Shown: in pieces, positions 1-11,399 of the stretch
Position numbering within the stretch: position 1 is the first letter of the stretch
Layout: each line of letters opens with the position of its first letter
Source: Heterodontus francisci
Lineage: Eukaryota
Direction: 5' to 3'
Length of the DNA: 64,000 nucleotides
Assembly: GCF_036365525.1 (NCBI RefSeq)
Contig: NC_090382.1
Span: 107,542,372-107,606,371, forward strand
Position numbers and translations under genes: made by a program
Notes under the pieces: model-generated
Databases searched by the model: none
What the model was told of the DNA's origin: nothing
What the model saw: the letters and a program-made list of their open reading frames with translations, nothing else

Positions 1-596
1 AGAATACCCAACACTTCCTCCCTCCTTATGCCGACTTGACCTAGAGTAATCAAACATCTGTTCCTAATATAGGCCGAGTCGACTCAATCTCTCCTCTTGA
101 TGTAAAGCTAATGTCTGTCATTGCTGTGTGGGTGAAGCGTTGGAGTTGAGGGTGATTGTTAATGGACATTAATCCACAAGGCCATGAAACAGGGCACCAA
201 GAGAAGGCAAGAAAATGAAATTTTTGCTCTACGGAGATTGACAGGGCCTCGATGGGCCGAATGACCACCTTCAGTGTCATAATGGCTCTATGACTCTATA
301 AAAGAAATTACAAGACCTAGGGAGCCAGCATTTGCATACAGCACCCTACATCCAACATTATTCAACAAAAACATGTATTTTATATACCAACGTTAACATG
401 GTAAAACATCCCAAGGCGTCTCACAGGAGCTTTACCGAACAAAATTTGATATTGAGATAGGTGCAGCTCTACCAAGATCTCAGTTAATTCCAGAGCAGAC
501 TAGAAGGTTTGAATGGCCTCCTACTGTCCTTATTTTTTTTTTCAAACATTTATCAGCTTCCCCTACAGTTTCCTGTTGAATATTCCAGGTCATGGT

Positions 597-910
597 TTTG
601 TACAACTGAGTGGCTTGCGAGGCCATTTCAGAGGGCAGTTAAGAGTCAACTAGATTGCTGTGGATCTGGAGTCACAGGTAGGCCAGACCAGGTAAGGATG
701 GCAGATTTCCTTCCCCAAAGGGCATTAGTGAACCAAATGGGATTTTACGACAATCGATGACAGTTTCATGGCATCATTACTGAGACTAGCTTTCAATTCC
801 AGATTTCTCTTAATTAATTGAATTTAACTTCCTCCAGCTGCCATGATGGGATTTGAACCCGTGTCCCCAGAGTATTAGCTGGATTACCAGTCCAGTGACA
901 TTGCCATTGT
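597..910 (-). mobile_element. tRNA-derived SINE (family distinct from HE1 and DeuSINE)
   Basis: Minus strand has B-box-like GGGTTCAAATCCC near its 5' end; related fragments at about 34850-35000 (-) and 35140-35295 (+). Confidence 0.6.
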
Positions 911-912
911 GT

Positions 913-2075
913 CCCTTGATATCAAGGCAGCATTTGACCGTGTGACATCAAGGAGCCCTAGCCAAATTGAAGTCAATGGGAATTAGGGGGGAAAGCTCTC
1001 CACTGGTTTGAGTCATACCTGGCACAAAGGAAGATGGTTGTGGTTGTTGGAGGTCAATCATCTCAGTCCCAGGACATCACTGCAGGAGTTCCTCAGGGTT
1101 GTGTCCTAGGCCCAACCATCTTCAACTGCTTCATCAATGGCCTTCCTTCAATCATAAGGTCAGAAGTGGGGATGTTCATTGATGGTTGTGCGATGTTCAG
1201 TACCATTCACAACTCTTCGTACACTAAAGCAGTCAATGACCATATGCAGCAAGACCTGGACAACATACAGCCTTGAGCTGTTAAGTGACAAGTAACATTT
1301 GCACCACACAAGTGCCAGGCAATGAATATCTCCAAGAAGAGAGAATCTAACCATCTCCCCTTGGCATTCAATGGCATTACCATTGCTGAATCCCCCACTA
1401 TCAACATCCTGGGGGTCACTATCGACCAGAAACTGAACTGGAGCAGCCACATAAATACTGTGGCTACAAGAGCAGGTCAGATGCGGGGAATTCAGCGGCG
1501 AGTAACCCATCTCCTGACTCCCCAAAGCCTGTCCACCATCTACAAGTCAGGAGTGTGATGGAATACTCTCCACTTGCCTGGATGAGTGCAACTCCTACAA
1601 CACTCAAGGTGTTCAACACCATCCAGGACAATGCAGCCCGCTTGATCGGCACCCCATTCATCACCTTAAACATTCACTCCCTTCGCCACCAATACACAGT
1701 GGCAGCAGTGTGTACCATCTACAAGATGCATTGCAGCAATGCACCAAGGCTCCTTAGACAGCACCTTTCAAACCCGCGACCTCTACCAACTAGAAGGACA
1801 AGGGCAGCAGATTCATGGGAACGCCACCACCTGCAAGTTCCCCTCCAAGTCCCACACCATCCTGACTTGGATCTATATCGCCGTTCCTTCACTGTCGATG
1901 GGTCAATATCCTGGCACTCCCTTCCTAACAGCACTGTGGGTGTACCCGCACCAGATGAACTGCAACGGTTCAAGAAGGCAGCTCACCACCACCTTCTCAA
2001 GGGCAATTAGAGATGGGCAATAAATGCTGGCCGAACCAGCGACACTCACATCTTATGAAATGAATTTTTAAAAAT
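913..2075 (+). mobile_element. 5'-truncated CR1/L2-group LINE, family B, copy 1 (degraded RT 3' half)
   Basis: RT motifs GVPQGCVLGPTIF and LGVTIDQKLNW; 3' end AATAAA plus A-rich tail; stop codons. Confidence 0.9.
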
Positions 2076-2299
2076 CCAGGTTCCAAAAACACACAGAGTA
2101 AAAAAACTGTTCTTTTAATCTTGAAGGAATATTCCTTCCATTTACAGACTGGTACCCAGTGTGAATCATTTTCCCTATTCACCTTATCAAAATGCCTTGT
2201 TATTTTGAACCCCACTGTCAGATCTCCTCTCAATTTCCTCTATTGAATGCAAAGAAGTCAAATTTATCTGTTTTCTTCTAATAAATAAAGACCCTCGTT

Positions 2300-2830
2300 C
2301 CTGATCTCCTGGCTGGCCTTGCACTCTCTGAAAACCAGATCTCATCCAAAACTTTCATGCCCTTATCTTAATTTGCACCAAGTCCCGTTCACCCATCACC
2401 GCTAAGTTCGCTGACCTACACTGGCTCCCAATCAGGCAATGCTTCAATTTCAAAATTCTCATCCTTGTTTTCAAATCCCTGCATGGCTTTGCCCCTCCCC
2501 ATCTCTGTAATCTCCGCCACCCGCCAGCTTCTGAGATCGCCGTGCTTCTCCAATTCTGGCCTTTTCAGCACCCCCCAATTTCGATAGCTTCACCATTAGT
2601 GGTCATGCCTTCAGCAGCCTGAGCCCCAAGCTGTGGAATTCCCTTTGCAAACCTCTCCACCTCTCTACCCTATTTGAAGACGATCCTGAAAGCCTTTGGC
2701 CCAGCTTTAGACCTTCTTCCTAGCATCTCATAGTATCTCCTCATAGGTGGTCTGATAACGCTCCTAGGAAGCACCTCGGGATGTTTTACAACATTAAAGG
2801 AGCTAGATGAATGCAAGTTGTTGTTGTTGA
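2300..2830 (+). mobile_element. L2 LINE 3' fragment
   Basis: Shares the ...ttttcaaatccct.catggc... 3' region with other L2 copies; ends in atgcaagttgttgttgtt. Confidence 0.7.
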
Positions 2831-3222
2831 ATTCCTTCTGCACTCTTTCCATTGCCTTGATGTACTTCCTTAATAAAGCAAGACTCACAAAACTCGGTGT
2901 AAGAATGTGAAACTCGCTACCAAGAGCAGTAGTTGAAATGAATTGCATAGATGCATTTAAGGGGAAGTTAGATAAATGCATGAGAGATAAAAGAATCGAA
3001 GATTTTGTTGATAGGGTGAGGCGATGAGGGGTGGGAGCAGGCTTATGTGGAGCATAAACACCGGAAGAGACCTGATGGGCTGAATGGCCTGTTTCTGTGC
3101 TGCATACTTGATGGAATTCTATGTAACTGCACCCTAATCAGTTACAATATCCAGAGCAAAGCTAGAAAACTTGCCATACTGGTTGGACTCGAGTTGATTC
3201 ATGAATTGTCACATGATCTTCC

Positions 3223-3288
3223 AAAACTCAGTCTCAAAAAGCAACCTTTCCTTGGCAACTGGTGACTCTGACACTTGTGACCAACCAG
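3223..3288 (+). promoter_or_regulatory. S-X-X2-Y-like module M1 (degenerate X2 and Y)
   Basis: AAAAC(3223)-N16-ACCT-N7-GCAAC(3255)-N3-TGACTCT(3263)-N11-CCAACCAG. Upstream spacing is identical to M2-M5. Confidence 0.55.
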
Positions 3289-4494
3289 TGCTTTGTATGA
3301 CGGTTTTTGCTGCTGTGGTTTCTTCTGCCCCCTCCTCCTCCTTTAAATGAGAAATCTCCAAGTAAGCTCTGTAGTTTGCTTTTGAGAGAAACTGGGACTT
3401 TCAGAGACGCCTTCCAGAACGGGGAAACAAGAGGTTTTTCCGCCATTCCCAGAGTCTGACATCTCTCACCAGCAGCAGATCTCTGATTGTTAAACAGTTC
3501 GGAAGGGTGGGTGGAAGTGGATGCGGTCAAACTCAAGATTTGGCTGATTTGGAAGGGATGGGTACCGTGCTGAGAATGTGGTGGCGGGGTATCTTGATCA
3601 GCCATTGAGAGGCTGTACGGGCTGGAAGGTTTGAATGGCATCCATTTGCCCTTATGTTCCTGGATCGAAAGAGGCCCAACCAGCCACACTTTGCTGACCA
3701 CCCCCATCCCCCCCACTTCACCCTCCCTTCCCCCCACACCACAGCTAACCCCACCGCAAAGCAAAACAGTCTGCCACAGCTCACTGCCAGACCTCACACA
3801 TGAGGAATGGATGTGTGGGTGAGTCACTCGAGGGCTGATTCTGTCCATGGGGTCCCTTTTAGGGAAGAGTCTAGAACTGAGGGTCCAGAATTTTAAAGAA
3901 ATGGTGCAACATTCAGAAAGCTCGAGTCTAGATTATCCATTGTAGAGGAACAGGATCCACTTGTCTTAAATATGAACAGGCCTCCACCCACCACACCCTG
4001 ACCCTGAGCTAAAATTAAATTAGAGGGTCATTTGCTTTATTCTGGCATGTTTCCCCCATCTCTGCCCAGGGGAGCAGTGGTCAGTGAGCTACTACCGTAG
4101 GCCAAGGAGACCCAGAGCAATCTAGCGTTACCGTAGGTTACTGCACCGATAGAGCAATCCAATAAGCTGCAGGCCTTTGAACATTTCCCAATGAAGTAAA
4201 GAAAGAACTTGCATTTCTATGGCGCCTATCCTCAGGACGTCCAAAGTACTTCACAGCCAAGCAAATAATTTTTTGAAGTGCAGCCAACTTACACACAGAA
4301 AGCTCAAACAGAGCAATGTGTTAAATGACCAAATAATCTGTTTTAGTGATGTTGTTTGAAGGATAAATATTGGTCCATGACTGTGGGGAGAATTCTCCTC
4401 ACTCTTCAAAATAACGCAATGGGGACTTTTACATCCATCGGGGAGAGCAGACGGGGCCTCAGTTTAACATGTCATCCGAAGGACGGTACCGACA

Positions 4495-6007
4495 ACAGTG
4501 CAGCACACCCTCATTACTACCCCTCCAACAGTGCAGCACACCCTCATTACTGCCCCTCCAGCAGTGCAGCACACCCTCATTACTACCCCTCCAACAGTGC
4601 AGCACACCCTCATTACTGCCCCTCCAACAGTGCAGCACACCCTCATTACTACCCCTCCAACAGTGCAGCACACCCTCATTACTGCCCCTCCAACAGTGCA
4701 GCACACCCTCATTACTGCCCCTCCAACAGTGCAGCACACCCTCATTACTGCCCCTCCAACAGTGCAGCACACCCTCATTACTGCCCCTCCAACAGTGCAG
4801 CACACCCTCATTACTACCCCTCCAACAGTGCAGCACACCCTCATTACTACCCCTCCAACAGTGCAGCGCTCCCTCATTACTACCCCTCCAAAAGTGCAGC
4901 ACACCCTCATTACTACCCCTCCAACAGTGCAGCGCTCCCTCATTACTACCCCTCCAAAAGTGCAGCACACCCTCATTACTACCCCTCCAACAGTGCAGCG
5001 CTCCCTCATTACTACCCCTCCGACAGTGCAGCACTCCCTCAGTACTGCCCCTCGGATAGTGCAGCACTACCTCAGTACTGCCCCTCTGACAGTGCAGCAC
5101 TCCCTCAGTACTGCCACTCTGACATTGCAGCACTCCCTCAGTACTGCCCCTCTGACAGTGCAGCACTCTCTCAGTACTGCCTCTCTGACAGTGCAGCACT
5201 CTCTCAGTACTTCCCCTCTGACAGTGCAGCACTCCCTCAGTACTGCCCCTCTGACAGTGCAGCACTCTCTCAGAACTTCCCCTCTGACAGTGCAGCACTC
5301 CCTCAGTACTGCCCCTCCGACAGTGCACCACTCTGTCAGTACTGCCCCTCTGACAGTGCAGCACTCTCTCAGTACTTCCCCTCTGACAGTGCAGCACTCC
5401 CTCAGTACTGCCCCTCTGACAGTGCAGCACTCTCTCAGTACTGCCCCTCTGACAGTGCAGCACTCACTTAGTACTGCCCCTCTGACAGTGCAGCACTCTC
5501 TCAGTACTGCCCCTCAGACAGTGCAGCACTCCCTCAGTACTGCACCTCTGAGTGCACCTTTCCCTCAGTACTGCCCCTCTGACAGTGCAGCACTCTCTCA
5601 GTACTGCCCCTCTGACAGTGCAGCACTCCCTCAGTACTGCCCCTCTGACAGTGCAGCACTCTCTCAGTACTGCCCCTCCGATAGTGCAGTACTCTCTCAG
5701 TACTGCCCCTCCGACAGTGCAGCACTCTCTCAGTACTGCCTCTCTGACAGTGCAGCACTCCCTCAGTACTGCCCCTCCGACATTGCAGCACTCTCTCAGT
5801 ACTGCCCCTCCGACAGTGCAGCACTCTCTCAGTACTGCCCCTCTGACACTGCAGCACTCTCTCAGTACTGCCCTTCCGACAGTGCAGCACTCTCTCAGTA
5901 CTGCCCCTCTGACACTGCAGCACTCTCTCAGTACTGCCCCTCTGACAGTGCAGCACTCTCTCAGTACTGCCCCTCTGACACTGCAGCACTCTCAGTACTG
6001 CCCCTCC
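4495..6007. repeat. 33-bp minisatellite (about 45 units) expanded inside a Deu-domain SINE
   Basis: Unit (a/g)acagtgcagcac(a/t)ccctca(t/g)tact(a/g)cccctc(c/t); 11-aa periodic ORFs in several frames; SINE sequence continues on both sides (4200-4495, 6012-6035). Confidence 0.95.
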
Positions 6008-6032
6008 ATTGTTTGCTCAAGTCTCTGGAGTG

Positions 6033-8402
6033 GGACAAGGGATATAGAGGATAGTACAAGGAAAAAATAGGAGGCTTATGGCAGATTCAAAGTGCTGCAA
6101 ACAGTGGTGGCCCCAGAGGAGTGTCGAAAATGTAGGGGGATTCTTAAAAAAGTAATGAGGTAACGAAGAAGAGACATGAAAAAACACTGGTGGGCAAGAT
6201 AAAGGAAAATCCCAAGGTATTTTATAAGTATATTAAGGGCAAGTGGATAACCTGGGTAAGAGTAGAGCCCATTGGGAACCAAAGTGGCAATCTGTGTGTG
6301 GAGCTGAAGGACATAGGTATGTTTTTAAACGATAACTTTTCATCTGTGTTCACTATCGAGAAGGACGATGTAGGTGTAGAGATCAGGGAGGGTGATTGTG
6401 ATATACTTGAACAAATTCGCATTGAATTGAAGGAGGTATTAGCTGTTTTAACAGGCTTAAAAGTGGATAAATCCCCAGGCCCAGATCTGATGTAACCCAG
6501 GCTGTTATGAGAGGCAAGGGAGGAGATAGCAGGGGCTCTGACACAAATTTTCAAATCCTCTCTGGCCACAAGAGAGGTACCAGAGGATGGGAGGACAGCG
6601 AATGTGGTACCATTATTCAAGAAGGGTAGAAGGGATAAACCAGGTAATTACAGGCCAGTGAAGCCAACATCAGTGGTTGGGAAACTATTGGAAAAATTCT
6701 GAGGGACAGGATTAATCTCCACTTGGAGAGGCAAGGATTAATCAAGGATAGTCAGCATGGCTTTGTCAGGGGGAGATCATGTCAAACAAATTTGATTGAA
6801 TTTTTCGATGAGGTGACTAGGTGTGTAAATGAGGGTAAAGCAGCTGATGTAGTCTACATGGACTTCAGTAAGGCTTTTGATAAGGTCCCACATGGGAGAT
6901 TGGTTAAGAAGGTAAGAGCCCATGGGATCCAGGGCAATTTGGCAAATGGGATCCAAAATTGACTTAGTGGCAGGAGGCAGAGGGTGATTGTCAAGGGTTG
7001 TTTTTGCGAGTGGAAGCCTGTGACCAGTGGTGTACCGCAGGGGTCAGTGCTGGGACCCTTGCTGTTTGTAGTGTACATTAATGATTTAGACGTGAATATA
7101 GGAGGTATGATCAGTAAGTTCACAGATGACACGAAAATTGATGGTGTCGTAAATAATGAGGAGGAAAGCCTTAGATTACAGGATGATATAGATGGGCTTG
7201 TAAGATAGGCGGAGCAGTGGCAAATGGAATTTAATCCTGAGAAATATGAGGTGATGCATTTTAGGAGGACAAACAAGGCAAGAGAATATATAATGGATGG
7301 TAGGACCCTAGGAAGTACAGAGGGTCAGAAGGACCTTGGTGTACTTGTCCATAGATCACTGAAGGCAGCAGCACAGGTAGATAAGGTGGATAGGAAGACA
7401 TATGGGATACTTGCCTTTATTAGCTGAGGCACAGAATATAAGAGCAGGGAGGTTATGATGGAGCTGTATAAAATGCTAGTTAGGCCACAGCTGGAGTACT
7501 GTGTACAGTTCTGGGCACCACACTATAGGAAGGATGAGATAGCACTGGAGAGGGTGCAGAAGAGATTCATCAGGATGTTGCCTGGGCTGGAGCAGTTCAG
7601 CTAGGAAGAGAGACTGGAAAGGCTAAGGTTGTTTTCCTTAGAGCAGAGAAGGCTGAGGGGGGACGTGATTGAGGTATACAAAATTATGATGGGCATTGAT
7701 AGGGTAGAGCGGCACAGTGGCGCAGTGGTTAGCACCGCAGACTCACAGCTCCAGCGACCCGGGTTCAATTCTGGGTACTGCCTGTGTGGAGTTTGCAAGT
7801 TCTCCCTGTGTCTGCGTGGGTTTTCTCCGGGTGCTCCGGTTTCCTCCCACAAGCCAAAAGACTTGCAGGTTGGTAGGTAAATTGGCCATTATAAATTGCC
7901 ACTAGTATCGGTAGGTGGTAGGGAAATATAGGGACAGGTGGGGATGTGGTAGGAATATGGGATTAGTGTAGGATTAGTATAAATGGGTGGTTGATGGTCG
8001 GCACAGACACGGTGGGCCGAAGGGCCTGTTTCAGTGCTGTATCTCTAAAACTAAAAACTTAGATAGGAAGAAGCTTTTTTCTTTAGTGGAGGGGTCAATA
8101 ACCAGGGGGCAGGAGGTTTAGAGGGGATTTAAGGTGAGGGGCAGGAGGTTAAGAGGGGATTTGAGGAAAGATCCTTTCACCCAGAGGGTGGTTGGAATCT
8201 GGAACACACTGCCTGAAGAGGTGGTAGAGGCAGGAACCCTCACATTTAAGAAGTATTCAGATGAGCACTTGAAAGGCCATAGCATACAAAGCTACGGGCC
8301 AAGTGCTGGAAAATGGGATTGGAATAGATTGGCCTGATGGCTTGCATGGACACGGTGGGCCGAAGGGCCTGTTTCTGTGCTGTGTAACTCAATTACTCTA
8401 TG
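6033..8402 (+). mobile_element. CR1 (HER1-like) LINE, 5'-truncated, degraded, with HE1 SINE inserted
   Basis: [33 protein letters not shown] and SKFTDD motifs; stops; microsatellite-like tail. Confidence 0.92.
7709..8060 (+). mobile_element. HE1-like V-SINE
   Basis: A box TGGCGCAGTGG, B box GGTTCAATTC, V-domain GTGGAGTTTGCA.GTTCTCCC, CR1-type 3' tail GGGCCGAAGGGCCTGTT. Confidence 0.9.
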
Positions 8403-8489
8403 AACCCACTACTTGCTGTGTTAATGTGTAATCTGCTACTCCTGCACAATATCAAGGACATCATCTGGCTCACTGTCACGTGACTCAAC

Positions 8490-8552
8490 AAAACACAAGC
8501 TTCGTTGAAAACCTGCCCCTGACAACTAGTGAGTCACTGAACAGCCAATTGG
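8490..8552 (+). promoter_or_regulatory. S-X-X2-Y-like module M2
   Basis: AAAAC-N16-ACCT-N7-ACAAC-TAG-TGAGTCA(8530)-N8-CCAATTGG(8545). Confidence 0.65.
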
Positions 8553-8729
8553 CGTTCTCCTGTTTGGGTTTTCTCCCCTTATTATTGGTTTCACTCACAG
8601 CAGATGTGAAACTGTTGAACACACACAGAAACAAGACGACCTCTGTGTTCTGGCTTTGTGCCAACACTTGGCTCTCAGTTAGTCTCGAACTTTCTTCACC
8701 TCTTGGTCATAAAACAGTGTGGAATCAAA

Positions 8730-9125
8730 TATAGAAACAGAAACATTCAGAATAGTAGGAGGCCATTCATCTCCTTCGAGCTTGTGCCACCATTCTGTAT
8801 CTTAACTCTATTTACCCACCTTAATGTTGTAACCCTTCATCTGTTACCCAACAAAACTCTCAATTTCACTCTTGAAAAAACCAACCTCCAAGCCTCATCA
8901 GCTTTTTCGGGGAGAGAGTTCCCGAGTTCTACTCTCCTTTACATGAAGAAGTGTTTACTGACATCACCCCTGAATGGCCTAGCTCGCATTTTAAGGTTCT
9001 TCCCCCTTGTTCTGGACTCTTCCATCAGGGGAGGTAGTTCCTCTTGATCTATGCTGTCAAATCCTTTAATCATTTTAAACACCTCAATTAGATCATTCCT
9101 TAATCTATACTCAAGGGAACACAAG
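8730..9125 (-). mobile_element. CR1 LINE 3' fragment
   Basis: RLRNDLIEVFKMIKG..TRG..KHFF; CR1 ORF2 C-terminus. Confidence 0.8.
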
Positions 9126-9160
9126 CCAGCGTGGGGGTGAACTATGTAGGAAATTCCATC

Positions 9161-9290
9161 TTAAAAGCAAAATACTGCGGATGCTGGAAATCTGAAATAT
9201 AAACAAAAAATGCTGGAAATATTCAGAAGGTAAGGCAACATCTGTGGAGAGAGGAACAGAGTTAACGTTTCAGGTCGATGACATAGTTCA
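9161..9290 (-). mobile_element. Penelope-like terminal-repeat fragment
   Basis: Reverse complement of the 130-bp element at 19897-20026. Confidence 0.65.
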
Positions 9291-9299
9291 GATGTTGTT

Positions 9300-9760
9300 G
9301 CTTGTGGTTCCCTGGGTAGCCCTCTCATCTCGGAGTCAGACAGTTGTGGGTTTAAGCCCCACTCCAGAGACTTGAGCACAAAATCTAGGCTGACACCCCC
9401 AGTGCAGTACTGAGGAAGTGCTGCACTGTCAGAGGTGCTGTCTTTCAGATGAGATGTTAAACAGAGGTCTGGTCTGCCCTTTCCAGTGGATGTAAAAGAT
9501 CCCATGGCCACTATTTCACAGCAGTGCAGGGGAGTTCTCCCCAGTGTCCTGGGGCCAATACTTATCCCTCAACCAACATCACTAAAACAAATTATCTGGT
9601 CATTTATCACATTGATGTTCATGGGATCATGCTGTGTGCAAACGGGCTGCTGCATTTGCTACATTAAGGCAATGTTTACCCTTTTAAGGAGTACTTCACT
9701 GGCTGTATAGCTCTCTGGGACATCCCGAGGATGTGAAATTCACTACATAAATGCATGTTT
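9300..9760 (+). mobile_element. Deu-domain SINE (SacSINE1-like), near full length
   Basis: tRNA-like head, GATGTAAAAGATCCCATGGC core and L2-like tail. Many other copies (4200-6035, 14560-15815, 16697-16785 + 25770-26135, 41495-41900). Confidence 0.75.
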
Positions 9761-10299
9761 ATTCTGTTTGGTCGCAGGTTTGTGTTGAGTTAGCTGGACT
9801 CAACTAGGGAAGAGTTGGGGTACTGCTTGGCCAGAGAAATTCAGCCAGGGCTCCTACTTTTGATCACCACTTGGTCAAATAGCTTGCCGCCACCACTCAG
9901 GGTGGCAGTACACTGAGAGGGGGGAGGTGGGGGCAGTGGGGTTGGGGGGGAAATGGCGGAGCAGGAGAGTTAGAAAAATCAGCCAATGTTCTCCATCGCT
10001 ATTGGGTGCCACCTGCCAAAGGGGAATTGGTCTCGGGTGGCAATAGCTCCTGAAAACTCACCACCACCAGCCGGTCACACACGTGAAATATGGCCACTCG
10101 ATTCGGGGCCGAGGCATGTGCTCGACAGCTGTGGAATTGCACCCCAACATAGAGTCAGTGCCTTCAGACACTGAAAGAAGAACCTGTGTTATTTTCCAAG
10201 TTTCACATCCACAGGATGTCTCTGAGTGGTTTGCCACAAATGGTTTAATTTTTTTCAAAATGCTGGTCACTGCAGTTTAGTAAGAAAAGGTGACCAGTA

Positions 10300-11220
10300 T
10301 TACAACAACAACGTGCATTTACATAATGCCATTAACGCAGTAAAACATCCCATGGCGCTTCACAGGAGTGTTAGCAAACAAAATAGGACACCGAACCACA
10401 TAAGGAAATATTAGGTCAATTAACCAAAAGCTTGGTCAAAGAGGTAGGTGTTAAGGAGGAAAGCGAGGTAGAGAGGTGGAGAGGTTTAGGGAGGGAATGC
10501 CAGAGCTTAGGGCCCAGGCAGCTGAAGGCTGCCAATGGTGAAGCAATGAAAATCAGGTATGTTCGAGAGGCCAGAATTAGAGGAGCAGAGAAATCTCGGG
10601 GGTTTGTGGGGCTGGAGGAGATTACAGAGATAGGGAGGGAGGGAGGGGTGAGGCCATGGAGGGATTTGAAAACAAGGATGAGAATTTTAAAATCAACATG
10701 TTGCTTGTAGGTCAGTGAGCACATGAGTGATAGCGGAATGGGATTTGTTGCAATTCGAGGGCAGCCAAGTTTTGGATGGCCTTAAGTTTATGGAGATGGG
10801 AAGTCAGACAGGAGAGCACTGGAATAATCAAGGCTTGAGGTAACAAAAGCATGGACAAGGGTTTCTGCAGCGGATGAGCTGAGGCAGAGGCAGAGTCGAG
10901 TGCTGTTACAGAGGTGGAAATAGGCAATCTTGGTGATGGTGCGGATGTATGATCGGAAGCTCATCTCCGGGTCAGATAAGACACCAAGGTTGCGACCAGT
11001 CTGGTTCGGCTCTCAAACAGTTGCCAGGGAGAGGGATGGAGTCGGTGGCTAGAAAACGGAGTTTGGAGCGGGGAGCGAAGACAATGGCTTCAGTCTTCCC
11101 AATATTTAGTTGGATAAAATTCTGCGCATTCAGTACTGGATGTTGGACAAGCGATGTGACAATTCAGAGGCCTTGGAGGGGTCGAGAGATGAGGTACTGA
11201 GGCAGAGCTGAGTGTTGTCA
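10300..11220 (-). mobile_element. L2 LINE 3' fragment (first unit of a local tandem duplication)
   Basis: DFKILILVFKSLHGL L2 C-terminal motif on the minus strand; paralogous to 11400-13670 and 13855-14410. Confidence 0.8.
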
Positions 11221-11263
11221 CATTATGTAGAATGTTGGCTTAGCTTCTGTCACCTGATGCTAT

Positions 11264-11326
11264 AAAACATGATCTCAAGCAGAGACCTCTCCCCAGCAAC
11301 TAGTGAGTCACACAACAGCCAATCAG
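11264..11326 (+). promoter_or_regulatory. S-X-X2-Y-like module M3
   Basis: AAAAC-N16-ACCT-N7-GCAAC(11296)-TAG-TGAGTCA-N8-CCAATCAG. X box CCCAGCAACTAGTG resembles the MHC II X box CCTAGCAACAGATG. Confidence 0.72.
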
Positions 11327-11399
11327 AGTTGACTGGGTTTATCTTGCTAAGATGCTGTGATGGTGCCATCTGTCTGTAGCTGGCAGCACTGCAGCCACA

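Noticed and set aside
4495-6007. CRISPR-like regular repeat
   Set aside because: No unique spacers, vertebrate context and SINE origin.
4356-6070. Long ORFs (371, 334, 518 aa) resembling mucin or repeat proteins
   Set aside because: They result from a stop-free 33-bp minisatellite open in several frames on both strands; no gene structure.
7709-7790. tRNA gene
   Set aside because: The A/B boxes belong to the tRNA-derived head of an HE1-like SINE; no complete cloverleaf.
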